Both the position numbers and the translations under genes were made by a program. 64,000 nucleotides of DNA from Lingula anatina (Eukaryota > Animalia > Brachiopoda), in contig CM120648.1 in NCBI GenBank assembly GCA_051362555.1, positions 8,304,587 through 8,368,586 of the forward strand, in the 5' to 3' direction. The first letter of the stretch is position 1; every line of letters begins with the position of its first letter. The notes below the pieces were generated by a model. That model was not told the DNA's origin, ran no database searches, and worked only from the letters and a program-made list of their open reading frames with translations. This document shows, piece by piece, positions 61,305 to 64,000 of the stretch.

Positions 61305-63662
61305 GCTTTAGCCATATTTGGACTCCCTGAAATTTTGTAGGAAATTACAGGTGGTAATTTTGGATTGCCCGTACCCCCAATTACTGGTAGCTTTTACACT
61401 GTTGTAAGAAGACACATGAGGTACTACGAAGTTGTCTAATTATAAACAAAGAAAATCCACTCATAATTTTAGCATCATTAATCTGGAAAAAAATCTAGGA
61501 ACTTAAATTCTACTGACTTCAGTATTAGTAACAAGAAATGTAATCATTATAGCCTTATAGGCAAAGGTAAAAAAGTAGTAATCAAAAGAAAATCCATTTA
61601 TAATAGAATATCACTACTTGTTGTTAATCAGAATACACTTCTCTTGCTCCAGGAACTGTCTGTTTCGAGCTCTTGGGGACCAACTGGAAGGCCATGCTCG
61701 CAACCACTACAAACACAGACTGGACACCACAGAGTATATGATACAGAACAAGCAAGACTTTGAACCTTTTGTGGAAGACGATGTTCCCTTTGAAAGACAC
61801 AGTGAGTAATGGATTTCGTTTATTTCTTTCTCTCTCTCTCTCTCTCTCTCTTTATAGATAAAAATTTAAAAAAAATTAAAAACAAGTTTAACACTATCAC
61901 TAAATGTCTGATGGATTCATTAACCCATTGTTTCCCCCATGAAAATCCTTTTTTTTATTAAAACGAACAGTTGTTATCCCTCTAAATATGCATACTAATA
62001 AGGACTTATGAGGTGACCTTGGACCAGTTAGACATATGTTAAAAATCACAAAAAATTCCAAATATATATAATTGATTGAATTATTATGTCATTTGATCTT
62101 GACCCATTTTTCTCCCAGTTGCTCTACTGAAGAAGCAAGGCACATACGCTGGAAATGACGCTTTGGTAGCTTTTGCTCGACTACATGGAGTGAATGTGGT
62201 GATACATCAGCTGAGTTCCCCACTGTGGCAGGTGAGTCGTATTATTGTGGTTACAGTAATGTCTTTTCAGTGAGGGGGAAAATAGTGAATTTTGTATACT
62301 GTATTTAATATGGTTAAATATGGTATTAAAATAGTGTATTTTTTCAAGTCATAAACTCTTAAAATTAGGTGTCAGTGGTTGTCAGGTTCTTCTTTTTTCT
62401 TTTTCTTTTTGTTTTATTTATTTATTAATTGATTTTTTAGAGATTCCTATTTTTCTCATTTTTTTTCGAGAAATTTCCTAATTTTTTGGTCTAGAAATGA
62501 TGTTTCGTGCCACTTTGGTTATCATAAAATAAAATGTGGATTGCTGTCAGCTTCCGGGAGCCGAGCGCACACCAAACTTAATTACCCCCTTACAGCTTTT
62601 AGTAGGCGGGACGGACATTTAAGCAATCTAGTGAAACTCCTCAGGGGGATAGATCGATCTTAATATCTGTGGAAATGGTCTCTTACACTGGGCCCCAGAA
62701 TAGGGCACATTTCACTCTGGCTATGGTTTTACTCTATCTGTTGCTGTTAGCTGGAATTTTATGATCCATTGTTGAAAAATCGAATCTCATCTCCTTTGTT
62801 TTCTTGGAATTTATTGACATGTTGTTTTCTTGTGAGTCGTGACCTTTGAAAGGTTTCTGTTGCAGCAGTTTGCAGTTGGTCTGAAGAGCTATTGGTGCTA
62901 AAACTTTAATGTCGTCTTGGTATTCAAATGTGTCAGTGGATGGGTTGAGGTCATAGATTGTGACCACAAAAAAATAAAGGGTCGTGATTCGAATCTTGTA
63001 ATACACTGGCATGTCAGTGTGACATGTTAGCTTGACATGTCAGTGTGACTTGTTAGCTTGACATGTCAGGGTGATATGTCAAGTTGCCATTTGCCAAGTT
63101 TTAGTGGAACAGGTGATAAGCAGGTTTATCAAGTGAATTCCCATACTGAAAATTGCATAATTAAGGGTGCTTTCCCAGAGATTTAGATCGATCTAAAGAT
63201 TAAGTTTTAGATCGACCTAACTCCCTGGGGGTTCAGGCTAAATTGCAGTCAGCCAAGCGGGCACCATAGTTAATTACCCCCTTACAGCTTGTAGTAGGCG
63301 GGACGGACGCTTAAGCCGGCCAAGCTGACAGTAATCTAGTGAGACACCCCACAGCGATAGATCGATCTAAAAATCTATGGAAATGGGGTGTAAATGGTTT
63401 CATAACAAGGTGCCAAGTTTCTATTTTTCCTCTTTTTAACACATTCTTATTTTTCCTGTTTTCTAGAGAAACTTCTTGTTTTTTTCCAATTTGTCTTAAA
63501 TGTTTGACTAATTGAAAACTTGTCTGAAATGTATGACCAATATGTCTGTTTTCAGTATTAACTATGTGACAAGACTACATTACGTATTACGTATGCACAT
63601 ACAGTAAAAACTCATATTTGTCACACATTTTAATTTTTTTTTTTTTTGAGAGAGAGAAAGTT

Positions 63663-63725
<63 letters not shown>

Positions 63726-64000
63726 GGTAGCTCACAACTGTCTGGGCCATTAAAATTGCCAATATAACTTTATAATTTCAATTTGATTGAATCTGGCCAC
63801 AGATTTTATGATTTAACAGCTACATGACACAGATAAAGTTTTTGGCAGTTTTAAATCTTTACATCAGTGATATTATTTTACAGATACATGGCACGGAGAA
63901 GACCAACGCCAGGCAGTTACACATCTCCTATCACAATGGAGATCACTACTCCAGTGTACGGAAGATTGGGGACAAGTCAGAGTCACCCACTAGCATTAAA
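60898..64000 (+). CDS. OTUD3: OTU domain deubiquitinase 3, 5' part; exons 60898-61112, 61653-61801, 62119-62231, 63884->64000
   Basis: Spliced frame gives KKDERAVR...[29 protein letters not shown]...[15 protein letters not shown]...[25 protein letters not shown]...[15 protein letters not shown], with the OTU Cys and His boxes. All introns are GT-AG and phase-consistent. Confidence 0.93.
63664..63726. repeat. (GT)n(GA)n microsatellite
   Basis: Directly visible. Confidence 0.95.

Overview
Eukaryotic, AT-rich, intron-containing DNA, probably from an invertebrate animal (GT-AG introns, microsatellites, Tc1 and MITE transposons, an OTUD3 gene). About 45 kb of the window is a head-to-tail minus-strand array of metal-dependent cyclase-family hydrolase genes (kynurenine formamidase KynB / isatin hydrolase-like, HxGTHxDxPxH motif). 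The ORF track splits them, but splicing gives three-coding-exon genes of about 520-555 aa: signal peptide, TWO tandem cyclase domains, then a GPI-signal-like C-terminal tail. Six copies have open spliced frames, and two of these lack the anchor tail. There is also one full-length pseudogene, one orphan first exon and two 3' relics. Both introns interrupt the equivalent Trp codon (phase 2) of each domain, so exons are frame-compatible within and between copies. To the right are a NAT8/camello-like N-acetyltransferase, a decayed Tc1 transposon, a two-exon Thr-rich/EGF/FN3-like membrane protein and the 5' part of OTUD3. Several MITE-like insertions have readable TIRs, TSDs and empty sites in paralogous blocks. 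All coordinates and splice sites were read by eye; no database searches were run.
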